NCBI GenBank assembly: GCA_951406725.2
Contig: OX597835.1
Span: 23,684,001-23,748,000, forward strand
Source of the DNA: Octopus vulgaris
Lineage: Eukaryota
Direction of reading: 5' to 3'
Length of the DNA stretch: 64,000 nt
In this document: positions 39,000 through 53,140 of the stretch, in pieces
Layout: each line of letters opens with the position of its first letter
How positions within the stretch are numbered: the stretch's first letter is position 1
Program-made: the position numbers and the translations under genes
Notes under the pieces: generated by a model
The model's input: the letters and a program-made list of their open reading frames with translations, nothing else
Database searches by the model: none
What the model was told of the DNA's origin: nothing

Positions 39000-39994
39000 T
39001 AGAAAGCATCAATTTATGAAAAAAAAAATTAAAGCTATTCCTTACTGTGTGAAAATCCCAGTTGAAGTTGATTATGTTTGTGTAATGCTGGTTTGATTAG
39101 AAATTCTTGTCTTTATCATATAAAAAAACCCCAAAAACTGTAAAATACTCTCTGTGGGCAACTATTTTTGAGTTCTATCTGATATCTAAAATAATGGAGC
39201 TTTTCCCATTGTTTCCATAATGTCACTACATAGCTCTGTTTTGAACTTACTGGAAATCCTGCAGCTATATTGGTTCTGTTTTTTTGGGGTTTTGTTTCTT
39301 TTAGTTGTTCCAACATTTGCCTTGTTTATATTAGACTGTTTCAGCTTCTGTGAATCACATTCCACTTGCAAGTTGATATTTTAATTTTCGATTTTTCTAG
39401 AGTATTCAAACTTCTTGTTTGTTTTTGGCTTGATATATGAAACACTATTATTTTAATCTCAAAAATGCTTAACAAAAATACAAAAAGAAAAGGAATAATG
39501 TATAACTGTGTTACTTTAGCATGTGGTGTATCTCCTTGTCTTAGAAGTAAAATGAAAGTAAAATAATTAAAAAAATGAAAAGCAAATGCAGTGGTATGCC
39601 TAATTGCCTAATTGCCTAATTGCTATATGTAAAGTTAAAAAAAAAGACGAAAAAAAACAACCAGAATAATCTGTTTTAAAGTGAAATCATGCAAATTGAA
39701 TTATGTGTAAATGATGGGTAACAGTACATATTCTCCTGTGTGTGAGTGTCTCTCTCTCTCTCTCTAATGAATTAAAAGCAGCATGCCTGACTTTGATTGG
39801 AGGTGAGTTGTCTCACCTGTCTAGGACTTTCAGGTGTTTTAACATCCAGCGTTATGTGGGAGTTGAGCCAAAGTGCTATGCCACAGCAAACTGGGAAACC
39901 AAAAAAGCACATACATTATGTGCAATCGATAATATTTACTATCTGTTTTTATTTATCTATCTATCACTCTATCTATTTCTCAATCCATAAGCAC

Positions 39995-40028
<34 letters not shown>

Positions 40029-40758
40029 TGCGGCTGGATTTTTATGCTGTTGATTAGGAAAGGAAATTGGGTTCATCTTACCTGAGGAGGAGTCAGCAGA
40101 TTGGGAAATGGCTTATCAGGAAACTCCCCTCTCTTTCCTTGTTAAAGTTGTCTCTACAGGTATTCTACAGAAATTATAGCCAGCACTGATTTTTGTTATG
40201 ACATTTCATCCCCGAAAAGCATAAAAACAGAATGTGTTTACACGCTTTTAATTTACTATTGCAGCTAAAGGATTTCTAATATTTAGTGTGTGATCATTGA
40301 ATGTCCTTTTTTCCAAGCTGGCATGGATTTGATGGTTCAGTGGGCAGCAGTGAGCCAAAGGGTTGCGCTGAGCTTCAGTGTATGCTTTAGCATGGTTTCT
40401 ATAGCTGGGTGCCCTTCATAATGCTAACCACTTCATTGAGTGTACTGGAGACTTTTTGTTTTCATGGCACCAGCACTGGTGAGGTTGCCAAGTTCTCGCA
40501 AGACAAGACTCTTTAACTGAAAGCGGGGTATAGTATTGAAGGAAATGAAATTACGACTGGGAGACAGGAGTTTGTGTCTTGCTGAAGAGGTGAATATATA
40601 GCTTCCCCCACTTGAGAGAGTGAGAGAGATAGATGAGATGTCAAGGTACAAGGTGAATATGTGAGAGAGAATAGGGGATAAGGGGACGGAAAAGGTGGGT
40701 TGGTAAGGTGTACTAGAGTGAAAAGGGTATTCTTTGTTTAGTATCTAATACAAGGCCT

Positions 40759-40847
<89 letters not shown>

Positions 40848-41007
40848 GTATATATATATATGTATGTATATATCTATCTGTGTGTGTGTTTGTCATCTCA
40901 CCACCTCTCGACAAAAGGTGTGTTTACATCTCTGTAATTTAGCAGAACACTTTGTTCTGAAACACATCGAGTTCTACACCAGGTTATTAGTCTTGCAGTG
41001 CTTTAAT

Positions 41008-41041
<34 letters not shown>

Positions 41042-41044
<3 letters not shown>

Positions 41045-41259
41045 GAGGGAGTGCTGAAAAGTTGCTGGTTTTAATGCTATCATGTGAGGCCTGGTTGTGG
41101 GCCCAACCTTTTGAGTTTTTTTACAGGGCTTGGAAAAACTCAACGACCGCTGCAATAAGTGTGTGAATCTGGAAGGAGAATATGTTGAATAACATCATGA
41201 TTAACTGATCCTCCTGTATTTTCTTTTACTCAAAGCCAGGAACTTTTTCAGCACCCCTC
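41042..41259 (+). mobile_element. Mariner MITE (partial second copy at 42220-42308)
   Basis: TIRs gagggagtgctgaaaagttgctgg / ccaggaactttttcagcacccctc. Internal LQGLEKLNDRCNKCVNLEGEYVE*. Confidence 0.85.
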
Positions 41260-41781
41260 CCCCGTCCCTTATACAGCTTTTCATCTATTTACATATATGT
41301 ATATGTAGTGTTAGGTAATGTAAATTAACTGCAGTTAAAGACAGACTTAAACCCACAAGGCCAATCTGACAAGGGAATGCAAATAATTGACAGGGCTAAA
41401 GTGTGTTGAACAATCACAGTGTTTAATGTTTCTTGGCTTTAAACTGTCATGTAAAAACATTTCCTGTCTAACAGTGATACAAGAAAAAACATTGAATGCC
41501 CTTGTAAAATAAGCCCAAATAGCACCAAGAGGTGTAGCCTTGCCATTGTTTCTGACACTGAGAAAATATAACTATGCGATGGCCTCCGACAATTCCCCCC
41601 CCCCCCACTCTTTTCATCCAGTGAGGATAATAATCTGCAATATTGGCACAAGGCCACTTATCTACTTAAATCAACTCCAGGTCTTGATTTTTTTCTTCAT
41701 TTTATTATCATTGGCATTTCATTTTATTATCGTTGGGGGTGGGGGTGGGGGAAATGTTGAGTGGCATTTTATCTGTTTCCA

Positions 41782-41815
<34 letters not shown>

Positions 41816-42184
41816 TCATGCTGGCATGGGTTCGGTGGTTTGACAAGGCCTGGCCAAGCAGGAGCCTGCACCATGCTTCTGTGCCTGTTTTGGCATGGTT
41901 TTTTTTTATGGCTGGATGCTCTTCCTAACGCCAACCACTCTGTAGAATGGGCTGAGTGCTTTTTACATGGCACCAGTACAGGTGAGGTCGGTTTTGACAT
42001 GGTTTTTACCACTGGATGCCCTTACAAATGCCAACCATTCTACAGTGTGGACTGGATGCTTCTTAAGTGACACCTGTACTGGCAGAGTCACCAAGTGAAG
42101 AAGACATTTGCATGCACACACATATGCACATGTGCGCACTTGTATGTATGTATGCTAGTGTGTGTGTGTGTGTGTGTGTGTGAA

Positions 42185-42222
<38 letters not shown>

Positions 42223-42782
42223 GAGGGAGTGCTGAAAAGTTGCTGGTTTTAATGCTATCGTGAAAGGCCTGGTTGCAAGTCCAACCTTTTGAGTTTTTTT
42301 ACAGGGCTGTAATCTGCATATGTGAATCTGCATATGGTTTTATGTCTTTTATATAAAGATGTATATAGAAACTGTAGAAACTCTGCCAGATAAGATTGGA
42401 GTCTGGTGCAGCCATCTGGTTCGCCAGACCTCACTCAAATCGTCCAACCCATGCTAGCATGGAAAGCAGACATTAAACAATGATGATGATGTATGTTTAT
42501 CTCTTTCGACTGATTTATGACCCAGCCCTCAGCCTGCTATCAGTCTGATCTGTGTTTTTTCTTCTTTTATCTCTTTTCTTTTTTATAATTTTACAGACTT
42601 TCTCTTTTTGTTCTTTCCTTTTCTCTCCCCTCCCTTTTTCCCTCTTTCTCTTTCTGGTCGCAAATATTTGGTTCTGTGAGAGCGTGTCCTTGTTCGGGTT
42701 TGACGCCTGATATTTTATGTGACATGTGATGTTGATCATTCACATAATAGCGCAATGGCATGTGTGTGTGTGTGTGTGTGTG

Positions 42783-43390
42783 TATACAGGGTGCAGTGAA
42801 CATATTGTCTAAATTAGGCAAAAATGAAAATAACACTGACATCTCCTTTTATCAGATATATTTACCAAAGTGGGGGTGATGTGGTCGCAGAAATAGTCTG
42901 ACAGCCATGATTGGGCTCTTCTGCTTGTGTGGCGTGATGCAGAGTGCTGTTGCCAGACATACACAGTCTTCCAGTAGTCACCCTCTTCACCCAGGGCAGC
43001 ACTACCACCTCCTGGCACTTGATTTAGGCATCTGTGTTGAGTCTGAGGCTGTGTGGGAAGATGAATGGAGGCATAACATTGCCATCACTAGCAATCACAC
43101 AAAACACCGTGATGTTGACTGGATGTTTGATTTTTATCACCCTTGGTACATGTCCTCAGATTGACACCCAAACACTTTGAAATGTTCGTATTGGAGGTTC
43201 CAGCACAAATGCCAAGCAGTACAGCATGCCATTTCCAAATTTCTGACTGAGTGAATTATCTCATGGTACTGTTTTTCTCACAGATATTGCCCAACACACA
43301 TATTGTTTAAAATGGTTTGATTCAGCCCCTTGAGACTCATAGTTCCATGAGCTCCTACCAGAAACCCATCTATTTCATTCTTAGATTATC
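42783..43390 (-). mobile_element. Internally deleted Tc1/mariner transposon of maT (DD37D) type
   Basis: tacagggtg terminus. Minus strand reads KHPVNITVFCVIASDGNVMPPFIFPHSLRLNTDA...VVLPWVK...YVWQQHSASRHTSRRAQSWLSDYF. Confidence 0.75.
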
Positions 43391-43526
43391 GAATGAAGAA
43401 ACAAAGGAAGAAGTCCAAGATGGCTACTGGAAAATAGGCTTCTGTTGGTCAAGGCAAATCATATGTTGCCAGCGTAAGATTGGTTGTTCAGTGACAACAG
43501 CTCTTTTAGAAAGGGGAATTTCTTTG

Positions 43527-43574
<48 letters not shown>

Positions 43575-43576
<2 letters not shown>

Positions 43577-43960
43577 CGCAGGAGTGGCTGTGTGGTAAGT
43601 AGCTTGCTAACCAACCACATGGTTCCGGGTTCAGTCCCACTGTGTGGCATCTTGGGCAAGTGTCTTCTGCTATAGCCCCGGGCCGACCAATGCCTTGTGA
43701 GTGAATTTGGTAGACGGAAACTGAAAGAAGCCTGTCGTATATATATATACATAAGTGTGTGTGTATGTGTTTGTGTGTCTGTGTTTGTCCCCCTAGCATT
43801 GCTTGACAACCGATGCTGGTGTGTTTACGTCCCCGTCACTTAGTGGTTTGGCAAAAGAGACCAATAGAATTAGTACTGGGCTTACAAAGAATAAGTCCCG
43901 GGGTCGATTTGCTCGACTAAAGGCGGTGCTCCAGCATGGCCGCAGTCAAATGACAAACAT
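43575..43960 (+). mobile_element. SINE family A, full length
   Basis: Near-consensus copy after (TA)n. Confidence 0.9.
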
Positions 43961-44369
43961 AAAAAAAAAATATATATATATATATATACATATATTCCAC
44001 AGGCTTAGCCAATACGCAGGATGAAAAATATCAGCTAAGTCCTGTTCCTTCTTTTCATTGTTTTTGCAAGTATCATCATCACCATCAAGCCTTCTTATTA
44101 TTATTGTTTCCCCATATATTGGCGTTATCGTTGTCTTTCGTCTCAAATGCTAGCTGAAGCATATAAACTTTCATTCACAAAAACTTCGCAAAAACATCTC
44201 GTCTCAAATTTGGTCTTTCTTTCTGTCGCTAAATTCTCTAACCCATCTTTTCCCAACTTCCACTCATAGAAACTTATGCACACGATCGCAAAGCATTCCA
44301 TCTCAAATCCTGTCTTTCTTTCTGCCGCCTAAAAATCTCATCTTCTCCCATTGCGCGGTGCGCCCGCCC

Positions 44370-44590
44370 TCCCACCCCCACCACCAATACCACCCCCACC
44401 ACCAATACCACCCCCACCACCAATACCACCCCCACCACCAATACCACCCCCACCACCAATACCACCCCCACCCCCACCACCAATACCACCCCCACCCCAA
44501 TACCACACCCCCACCACCAATACCCCCCCACCACCAATAACCCCCCCCACCAATACCCCCCCCCCCCACCACAAATACCACCAATACCGG
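44370..44590. repeat. C-rich 18-bp minisatellite (ccaccaataccaccccca)n
   Basis: Tandem units; source of the (PPPPPI)n and poly-G ORFs. Confidence 0.9.
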
Positions 44591-45099
44591 TGAACACTGT
44601 TCTCACCATCTACACCGGATACTCCCTCCTCCTCCCCCACCACCCCTTCCTACCCCTTCTCCTCATATGCTTTCACTGAGAAAAGACAAGCTGCTAGCGT
44701 CTCAGCTCATCAACCGCCCTCTGATCTTACGCTTCCTCCTGTTTTGAATCTGACACTGCCTCAATCCTACTATCTCCTTCCAGTCCCCTCCATGCCTCGT
44801 AATATCCTACGTTTTTATTTCTTACGAACCTGCACCAACCCTTCCTGCCATCGTTCCTCCTTACCCACCCAACCTTCCCCACACCTACCCATATATATAT
44901 ATACACATCCTACGTTTATATTTCTTACGAACCTTCACCAACCCTTCCTGCCATCGTTCCTCCTCCCCCAACCTTCCCCACTGGTGCTCCCCTATATTAC
45001 CTGCACCCCTTTATTATCTCTCCCTCTCTTTTCACTGGTGAAACCTTTCTCAGCTGGACCCCCCCCCAACTCAACTCTATCCGCATCCCGTTGCCCCCG

Positions 45100-45356
45100 T
45101 GTCCCTGGCACGTTAAAAGCTCGAACCGATCGTGACCGATGCCGGACCCCCCGGCCCCTGTGCAGGTGGCACGTAAAAAGCACCCAATCCACTCACGGAG
45201 TGGTTGGCGTTAGGAAGGGCATCCAGCCGTAGAAACTCTGCCAGAATCAGACTGGAGCCTGGAGCGGCCCCTGGCTTCCCAGACCCCGGTCGAACCGTCC
45301 AACCCGTGCTAGCGCGGAAAACGGACGTTAAACGATGATGATGATGATGATGATGA
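45100..45356 (+). mobile_element. Young RTE 3' end
   Basis: CpG-rich consensus-like copy with a (GAT)n tail. Confidence 0.88.
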
Positions 45357-45454
45357 TATATATAGTTCAAATCTACAGAAAACAAAGGACAAAGACAGGT
45401 GAGGGAACAACAAGAAGGTGTAATAGTTTGATGCTCAGGAAGAATGGAAAAGTC

Positions 45455-45488
45455 TTTGACATTTCAAGCCTATGCTCTTCCACAGAAA
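45455..45488 (-). ncRNA. Hammerhead-like motif (CUGUNGA variant) in a short element at 45370-45490
   Basis: TTT-CTGTGGA-A-GAGC-atag-GCTT-GAAA-TG-TC-AAA. Confidence 0.55.
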
Positions 45489-47151
45489 TGATGGTTGGGG
45501 GGAAAATAATATGTGTGTGTGTGTCTTGGCATTTGTATTTGTCTGCACTACCACTTGACAACTGGTGTTGGTTTGTTTGTGTCTACATAACTTAGTAGCT
45601 TGACAAAAGAGACTGATGGAATTAGTATCAGACTAAAAAAAAAAAGTACGTGGCATGTGGTGTGGGGGTGTAGTGAACTTGTTTGGCTAAACCCTTCAAG
45701 GCAGTACCCCTACCACAGCCTGGCCTGTTGTTCAGTGACCGAATGCAAGCTGAAGAAGACTAGCACTTATGTAAAGGGTATGGAGTGCGTGAGCGAAGGG
45801 GTGTATGGGAGATGATTGCGATGTTGAATGAAGACGATGGTGGCGGCGGCGGCAGCAGTGGTGGTGGTGGTAACGGAGGAGTAGGAGATGTTCTGTATGG
45901 TGTTTGTTTGATTGTCAGAAACATTTCAGAAACTTGGTGTGGTTTGCTATTATTGGAGTATTATACAATGTGTGTGTGTGTGTGTGTGTGTGCATGTGTA
46001 TGTGCGTGTGTGTGTGTGTTTAGAGGAGGATGAGAGAGAGAGAGTGAGAGTGAGAGAAAACAAATGAACACATGTAAAAAGTATGTTAGTCAGTTGTATT
46101 TGACTTTGTTTTGTTGAATTTTGTCAGGAGCCAGACAGAACAGATTGATGGATGTATGGGTCAGCAATGTTTTCTCTCTCTTTCTCTCCTTCTCTCTCTC
46201 TCTCTCTCCTTCTCTCTCTCTCTCTCCTTCTCTCTCTCTCTCTCTCTCTCAACATTGCACCTACCACGGACTCTGCTGGGGAAGCAGGGACGGGAAGGGA
46301 ATTCCATGGACACCTCAAAAGTAAATAGACACCACCAGTTTTGAAAGATTGATTTCCAGGAACAGAACAATGTCTTTTGATGCGTTTAAACAATCAAGTA
46401 TTTAGTAGACATAACCTTGTGTAGCTTTTAATGATTCAGCCCTGTTTGGGTATTGTTGTAATAAGTAGTACCTGCACAGGTAAAGTATAACGCAGGGCAT
46501 CTATTTACTTTTGAAATGTCTGTGTACACGTTGTTGTTGTTGTTCTTGTTGAGGTGGTGGTGATGGTAGAGATGGGGATGCTGGTAGAAGTGGTGGTGGT
46601 GGTAGTGGTGATGACATTGGTCATAGAGAGGATGGTGGTGACAGAGATGGTGGTATCTGTTGAGATAGTGGTGGTGATGGTGGGAAGTTTATTTGGTTGC
46701 TGTCTCCCGACTAGGCACTGGGTCAGCTTTTATAAGGAAGAGGAATGGCGATAGATTGAACTTTAGTATATTACAGGTATCCTACTACTGCTGCTGCTGC
46801 TGAGGTCAACGTTGACTTTCATCCTTTTGGGGGTTTGATAAAATAAACACCAGTTAAGCACTAGGGTCTTTGTAATTGACTAGCCCCCTGCCCAAGAAAA
46901 TTTTCAGGACTTGTGCATAAGTAGAAAGGATCATTATTATTATTAACAGAATCATTAGAACACTGGGCGAAATGCTTAGGGGTATTTCATCAGTCTCTAT
47001 GTCCTGAGTTCAAATTCCGCTGAGGTCGACTTTGCCTTTCATCCTTTTTGGAGTCAATAAATTAAGTACCAGTTGAGTACTGGGGGTCAATGTAATTGAC
47101 ACATCCCCTCTCCCAAAATAGCTGTCCTTGTGGCAAAATTTGAAACCATTA

Positions 47152-47183
<32 letters not shown>

Positions 47184-48086
47184 CAAGGCAGCGAGCTGGC
47201 AGAATTATTAGCACACTTGGCAAATACTTAGCTGCATTTCATCTGTATTTAGGTTCCGAGTTCAAATTCTGCTAAGGTCAAATTCTGCCTTTTGTTCTTT
47301 CGGGTCAATAAAGTAAATATCGGTCAAGCGCTAGAGTCCATGTAATCAACTACTCTACTCCCCTCAAATTTCCAGCCTTGTACCTTTAGTAGAAAGGGTT
47401 ATCATCTTCAATGGTCTCCTTTTCAATACTAGCATCAGTTGGATGAAATTTGTTGAGGCAGATTTTTCTGTGGCTGGATGCTCTTCCTGTCATCAACCCT
47501 TGCTTGTTTTCATGTGACGTAATATTTCCCCCCTTATCTGGGCATATATTTGTGGAAAAGGTGCGAATGACACTGCTTGTGTGATTTGTGATATTCGTTT
47601 ACATTTAGTATGCAGTATCGAGGTAAGCAGATATACACATAACGCACAAGCATATTTGTATGCACGCACACACGACCCTTCCTTACCCAGACTGTCACTC
47701 AGTGGGGCTGAACCATAAATTGCATGGTTGCAAAGTGAACTTCCTTAAACACATTGCCATGCCTGTACCCTTAATAATCCTTTCCACTGTAGACACAAGG
47801 CCTGACATGGTGGGGGTGGGGGGTGGATGGTCAATTATATCTGCCAAGATGAAAAGTAAAGTTGCCCTTGGTGGAATTTGAACTCAGAATGTGAAGAGAC
47901 CAGACATGTTACTGAACATTTTCGTCTGACATAGCAATGGTTCTGCCAGCACACTGTATTAACAGCAAGTCATCATCATTGTTTAATATCTGCCTTCCAT
48001 GCTGGCATGGGTTGGATATTTTGACAGGAGCCTGCATCAGACTTCTGTGTCTGTTTTGGCAAATAATAACTATCCTCTATGCTTAA

Positions 48087-48308
48087 CCCTTTCGTTACCA
48101 ACCCGGCTGAAACCGGCTCTGGCTCTGAGTACAAATGTCTTGTTTTCTTAAGTTTTGAATTAAAAATCTTCCACCAAACCTTAGTCACAATTTATGTTCC
48201 TAACACTAGTTGAATGATAACTTAAGTTATTTTACTAAATTCTTTGTTATATTTAAAGTAATTGAAAGAAACACAGAGCATCTCAAAATAAATACAGTAA
48301 CAAAAGGG
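48087..48308. mobile_element. piggyBac-like MITE
   Basis: TTAA|CCCTTTCGTTAC...GTAACAAAAGGG|TTAA. Confidence 0.88.
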
Positions 48309-48470
48309 TTAAAGCACAGGACCTGAAATTTGGGGGTGGGGTGGGGTAGCCAATTACATTGACCCCAGTATTCAACTGGTACTTAAAGATAAGGGGCAAA
48401 GTCAGCCCCAGTAGTAGTGGTAGTGGTTGTGGTGGTAGTAGTAGTAGTGGTGGTGGTAGTGGTGGTGGTG

Positions 48471-48502
<32 letters not shown>

Positions 48503-49510
48503 GATTGTTTCTAAGAATTTAGAGGAGAGGAAGTTAGTCAATAAGAGGGATGAAAGGTAAAGGCGCTACGAGGGATTTGAACTGCGAAAATAGTTACAAC
48601 AAATCCTGCAAGGCATTTTTTGTTTCCGTTTCCTCATTGTTTCAACAATTCTGCCAGTTTGTATCATGATAATCATTTTGCCGTGCATCAGTTGATGCCG
48701 TTATAGGCTAGTTGCTATTATAATTATAGTACCATACCTCTATGTACCTTTCAGTCCAGTTTAATTTCACCTGCAATGTCCAGTTTAGTGTCATTACATT
48801 TAATATCTGAAGGAGATAATGTTGCTATGCATCTATCGGTGTTTTTATATTTGGCCAGTGCTTGAGAGTATTATGAAAGCTTCTAATTATCATAGTAATC
48901 AATATCAAAAGGACATAGCACTTGTTGCTATGTAAAACATGTGCAAGAATCAATTTCTATCTCTTTCTTCCTTTTCTTAGCTGTTTTCTCTTCTTTTCCT
49001 GTGTTGAATAGATTTTGTTCTCACATACAACACATAGATCACTCGACGTACGATGGACGTCTGTCATTCTGTCATTTAACAATGGGGTGTCATTTGGTTG
49101 ATCAACTGAATAACCTGCTCCTGAATTAACATGTATAATAGGTACGGGGGCTGGAGGCGTCTGGGTGGTTAAGAAGTTCGTTTCTCAACCACATGGTTTC
49201 AGGTTCTATCCCCACTACGTAGTTCCTTGGGCAAGTTCTACTAACTATAGCCCCAGACTGTCCAAAGCCTTGTGAGTGGATTTCATAGATAGAAAATGAA
49301 AGAAGTCTGTCGTGTGTGTGTGTGTGTGTGTGTAAATGTATATATATGTATATAGGTTCAACTTTAGCTGTATGGTAAGAAGCTTGCTTCGCAACTGTTC
49401 TGGGTTCAATCCCACTGTGTAGCATCTTGGACAAATGTCTTCTACTATAGTCTGAGGCTGATCAAAGCCCTCTGAGTAGATTTGACAGATGGAAACTGAA
49501 AGCAGCCTGT

Positions 49511-49556
<46 letters not shown>

Positions 49557-49779
49557 CTTAGACAGTGTCACATGATAGTTAGCTGGTGCTGGCTGCTGGA
49601 GCCTACTGGCGAGTATTTGAAGGGAAATTTGGCAGGATGGTTATTTGCCCACTGACATTCGTTGACACTGCATCAAAGAAACCAAAGGCCAAAGTGTCAA
49701 GATTGTTGTCTTATCCATATAACTCCTTGAAATCTGTGTTGCCTATTGACACCATCGATCTTCGGGACTTCGGAAAGTA

Positions 49780-50741
49780 TTAGGCTGAGGAAAAATTTCG
49801 TGTACCGTGTTAAAATAATGCTTTTTTATATATTTTTGTGGTGTGTGTGTTCATTCAGTTCATGTCACGTTCAATGGTGACTCACTGTTGAAAAATACCC
49901 GTGAATTGTTCATTGAAAACGTACTTTGTTTCAACAAGAAAATGCAAAGCCCCATACCGCCAGAAAGACCAGCAACAAGACTGAAGAATTGGATGGTGTG
50001 GAAGTTCTTCCGCATCCAACCTATAGTCCAGACATTGCTCCATCTGACCACGGTCTCTTCCAATTAATGCAGCACTTTATGAAAGGTCGCCGATTTGAGT
50101 CATTCAATGAACATCAATGGAAATTGTAGCTGTGATACCAGTGCTGGTGGCACATAAGAGAATCATCCGAACGTGGCCGTTGCCAGCGCCGCCCTGACTG
50201 GCTTCCATGCCGGTGGCACGTAAAAAGCACCATCCGATCGTGGCCGTTGCCAGCCTCACCTGGCCTCCGTGCCGGTGGCACATAAAAAGCACCATCCGAT
50301 CGTGGCCGTTTGCCAGCCTCGTCTGGCACCTGTGTTGGTGGCATGTAAAAAGCACCCACTACACTCATGGAGTGGTTGGCGTTAGGAAGGGCATCCAGCC
50401 GTAGAAACATTGCCAGGTCAGACTGGGCCTGGTGCAGCCTCCTGGCTTCCCAGACACCAGTTGCACCGTCCAACCCATGCCAGCATGGAAAGCGGACGCT
50501 AAACGATGATGATGACGATGATGATGAATGAAGTTGAAGAAACCCGTCAAGAATTTTTCGATTCAAAACCAAAGGATTCGTACTTTCACCAAATCCGAAA
50601 GCTTTCAGATCCTTGGCAGAAGGTTGTGGAAAATGTTGGTCTTTATTTTGAAGAAAAGTTGTTGTTGTTTTTGAATAAATTCTTGCATAAAAAAAAACCC
50701 ATTATTTTAACATGGCGCATAAAAAATTTTCCTCAACCTAG
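49780..50741 (+). mobile_element. Internally deleted mariner with a nested RTE 3' end (50112-50526)
   Basis: TIRs taggctgaggaaaaattt / aaattttcctcaaccta. Transposase FQQENAKPH...HPTYSPDIAPSDHGLF...FESFNE|VEETRQEFF...WQKVVENVGLYFEE. The RTE is flanked by TSD aatgaa (50106-50111 / 50527-50532). Confidence 0.9.
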
Positions 50742-51001
50742 TATTAGCTTAGATTGTTACATTTACACTTCTGCCATTAAAAACAAAAGAAAGAATGAAG
50801 GAAGTCAACGCTTAATTTTGATGTTAGAAATTTGAAGCACAGTGCTGGGAATGATAGTTAACTGTAGTCCAGCGCTCTGCAGTCTTGGCCATCTTCATAT
50901 TTATATTGGCAACACATTTTCATTCTACAGAAATAATATTTTATCAGATTTTTTTATCTTCCGGGCTATGTTTTGATTATCTTTGTCTGTTTCTCCATCT
51001 G

Positions 51002-51043
<42 letters not shown>

Positions 51044-51101
51044 CACACACACACACATATATATATATATACATATATGTATACACACATACATACATAC
51101 A

Positions 51102-51159
<58 letters not shown>

Positions 51160-51394
51160 TATACAAATGTGTGTGATTTGTATGTATGTATACACACACA
51201 CAATACACAGCAAGAAACTACATTAAATGATGTAACATATATTCTCTCTTTCTCTCTTTATATATATATATATATATATATATGATATACACATACACAG
51301 AAACACAATGTGTGAGTGGGTGTGTGACCGCGTGTGTACCGTTGGTGATTTTTTTTCCTCCGTCTTCCCTTCTCTGGATCTTTCCTTTTCCTAT

Positions 51395-51429
51395 GTTTCT
51401 GACGAAGAGTTCTGCTCGAAATGTTAAAC
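51395..51429 (+). ncRNA. Minimal type-I hammerhead ribozyme inside a ~250-bp (TA)n-embedded element (51290-51535)
   Basis: GTTT-CTGACGA-A-GAGT-tct-GCTC-GAAA-TG-TT-AAAC. Stem I is GTTT/AAAC. Confidence 0.75.
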
Positions 51430-52279
51430 CCTCCTTCTTCCCTTCCTTCCTGAGCGTCCAATAATACTATATTTGTTCCACGCCCTCGCGTTGTTGTGTT
51501 TTCTCTCTGTGTTTTCATGTTTGGATTAACTATATGTATGTATATATATATACATATATGTGAGTTTGTATACATATAGTATATACACATGTATAACATT
51601 GTGAAAGAAATGTTAACATTGGGGTAGTGATGGAGGGTAGGAGGATGTGTAAATATTTTCTAAGTTTGGATCTCTCTCCCTTAATGTTCGTTTTAGTCTC
51701 CATTTGCACCTCTTCGGAACCCTCTCATTTTGTTTTCTCTCACTCTTCCTATCATTTACCCTCCTGTCTTGACTTCTTAATAACCCTCTCTGTCACTCAA
51801 ACGCATTCTTACTCCCCTCTCTCATTCACTCTCTCTTCTCCATCAATCAGTTCCATCACTCACCCTATCACTCATACTCACCATCACTCCTCTATCGCTC
51901 ATCTTCTATCCTATTCACTTTCTCATGCTGTCTTTATAACGAGGAATGGCATAGGATCTATCTACACCCAGTCCCTTCCAACCACCACCACCACCACCAT
52001 CATCCTAATCCTACTTCCCTCTCTCTTCCCTCATGATGCCTGTGTAATGATGGATTACATCAGATCTCTTCATATCTGGTACACTCTACCAACTCCTTTC
52101 TGTGCTGCAAGTGGTCTTCTGACATATTTATGAGAGCAATAACACTAAGCAGGAATTAACTTCAATTGTTGTAAAATGATGTAAAAAATGATGATTATGA
52201 TGACAGATGTAATTATCTGTGCGGGTATGGATGCACATATGTATTTAGGTGTGTGTGTATGTATGTATGTTTGTATATG

Positions 52280-52778
52280 AAGTGAAATCAAGTCAAGTGA
52301 AATAGCTGTGGTCATTTTCGGTGTCCCATAACTGGCACCTGTGCCAGTGGCACATAAAAAGCACGTTTCGAGTGTCGGGTCTCATGGAGGCAATGTAGCT
52401 GATGCTGGTGTCACATAACTAGCACCCATGCAGGTGGCATGTAAAAGGTACCTTTCGAGTGCAGGGGCCCCATGGAGGCAATGACAAACAACCAAGACCC
52501 TTGGCAATATGCTGTGCCTGAGAAGAAGACCCATCAAGTCAAGTGAAATCACAGTCGTGACAGATATTGGTGTTATGCAAACTGGCACCCATGCTGGTGA
52601 CACGTAAAAGCACCCATTACACTCTCAGAGTGGCTGGCATTAGGAAAGGCATCCAACTATAGAAACCATGCCAAATCAGACTAGGTTCTGGTACAGCCCC
52701 TCAGCTTACCAGCCCTGGTCAAAATGTCCAACCCATTCCAACATGAACAACGGATGCTAAATGATGATGATGATGATG
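52280..52778 (+). mobile_element. Older RTE 3' UTR copy
   Basis: Degenerate ggcac-taaaaagcac units and a (GAT)n tail. Confidence 0.8.
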
Positions 52779-52793
52779 AAAGAGACTCTAGAC

Positions 52794-53140
52794 CAGTGGT
52801 TCTCAAGTGGGCTCCATATGGCCCCTGAGGGTTGATACAAAATTTTGGGGTGGTCCATGCAACAAAATAGTAAATTGGGGATCCACAATAGTATTTTAAG
52901 GGCTCCTGAAGAGATTTTGCTTTAGATGTATGTATTGGTTAGGTATTGCAAGAAATAGGTTTTTCTCTCTAGCATTTTACATTTTTCAACCTACACAAGT
53001 TAATGGGTGAAAAACAAAATAGGAATTTTTAAAGAAGTTTCTGTAAAACTACTAGTTAAACATCAAATGGCTATGAGGGTCCACCAGAATAAAATACTAA
53101 TCAAAGGGGTCCTTAGGTAAAAAATGGTTGAGAATCCCTG
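52794..53140. mobile_element. hAT-Charlie-type MITE
   Basis: TIRs cagtggttctcaa / ttgagaatccctg. 8-bp TSD ctctagac / ttctagac (NTCTAGAN, typical of Charlie). Confidence 0.9.

Noticed and set aside
40075-40215. Minus-strand exon with CAG|GTAAG donor (nested antisense gene)
   Set aside because: No recognisable ORF, and the upstream part is homologous to 56880-56940, so it is a dispersed repeat.
44274-44643. Pro-rich/Gly-rich ORFs (formin- or reflectin-like)
   Set aside because: Produced in all frames by an 18-bp C-rich repeat, with no flanking domain.
49586-49783. 65-aa non-repetitive ORF next to the mariner TIR
   Set aside because: No motif or splice signals that I can recognise; probably a decayed TE fragment.
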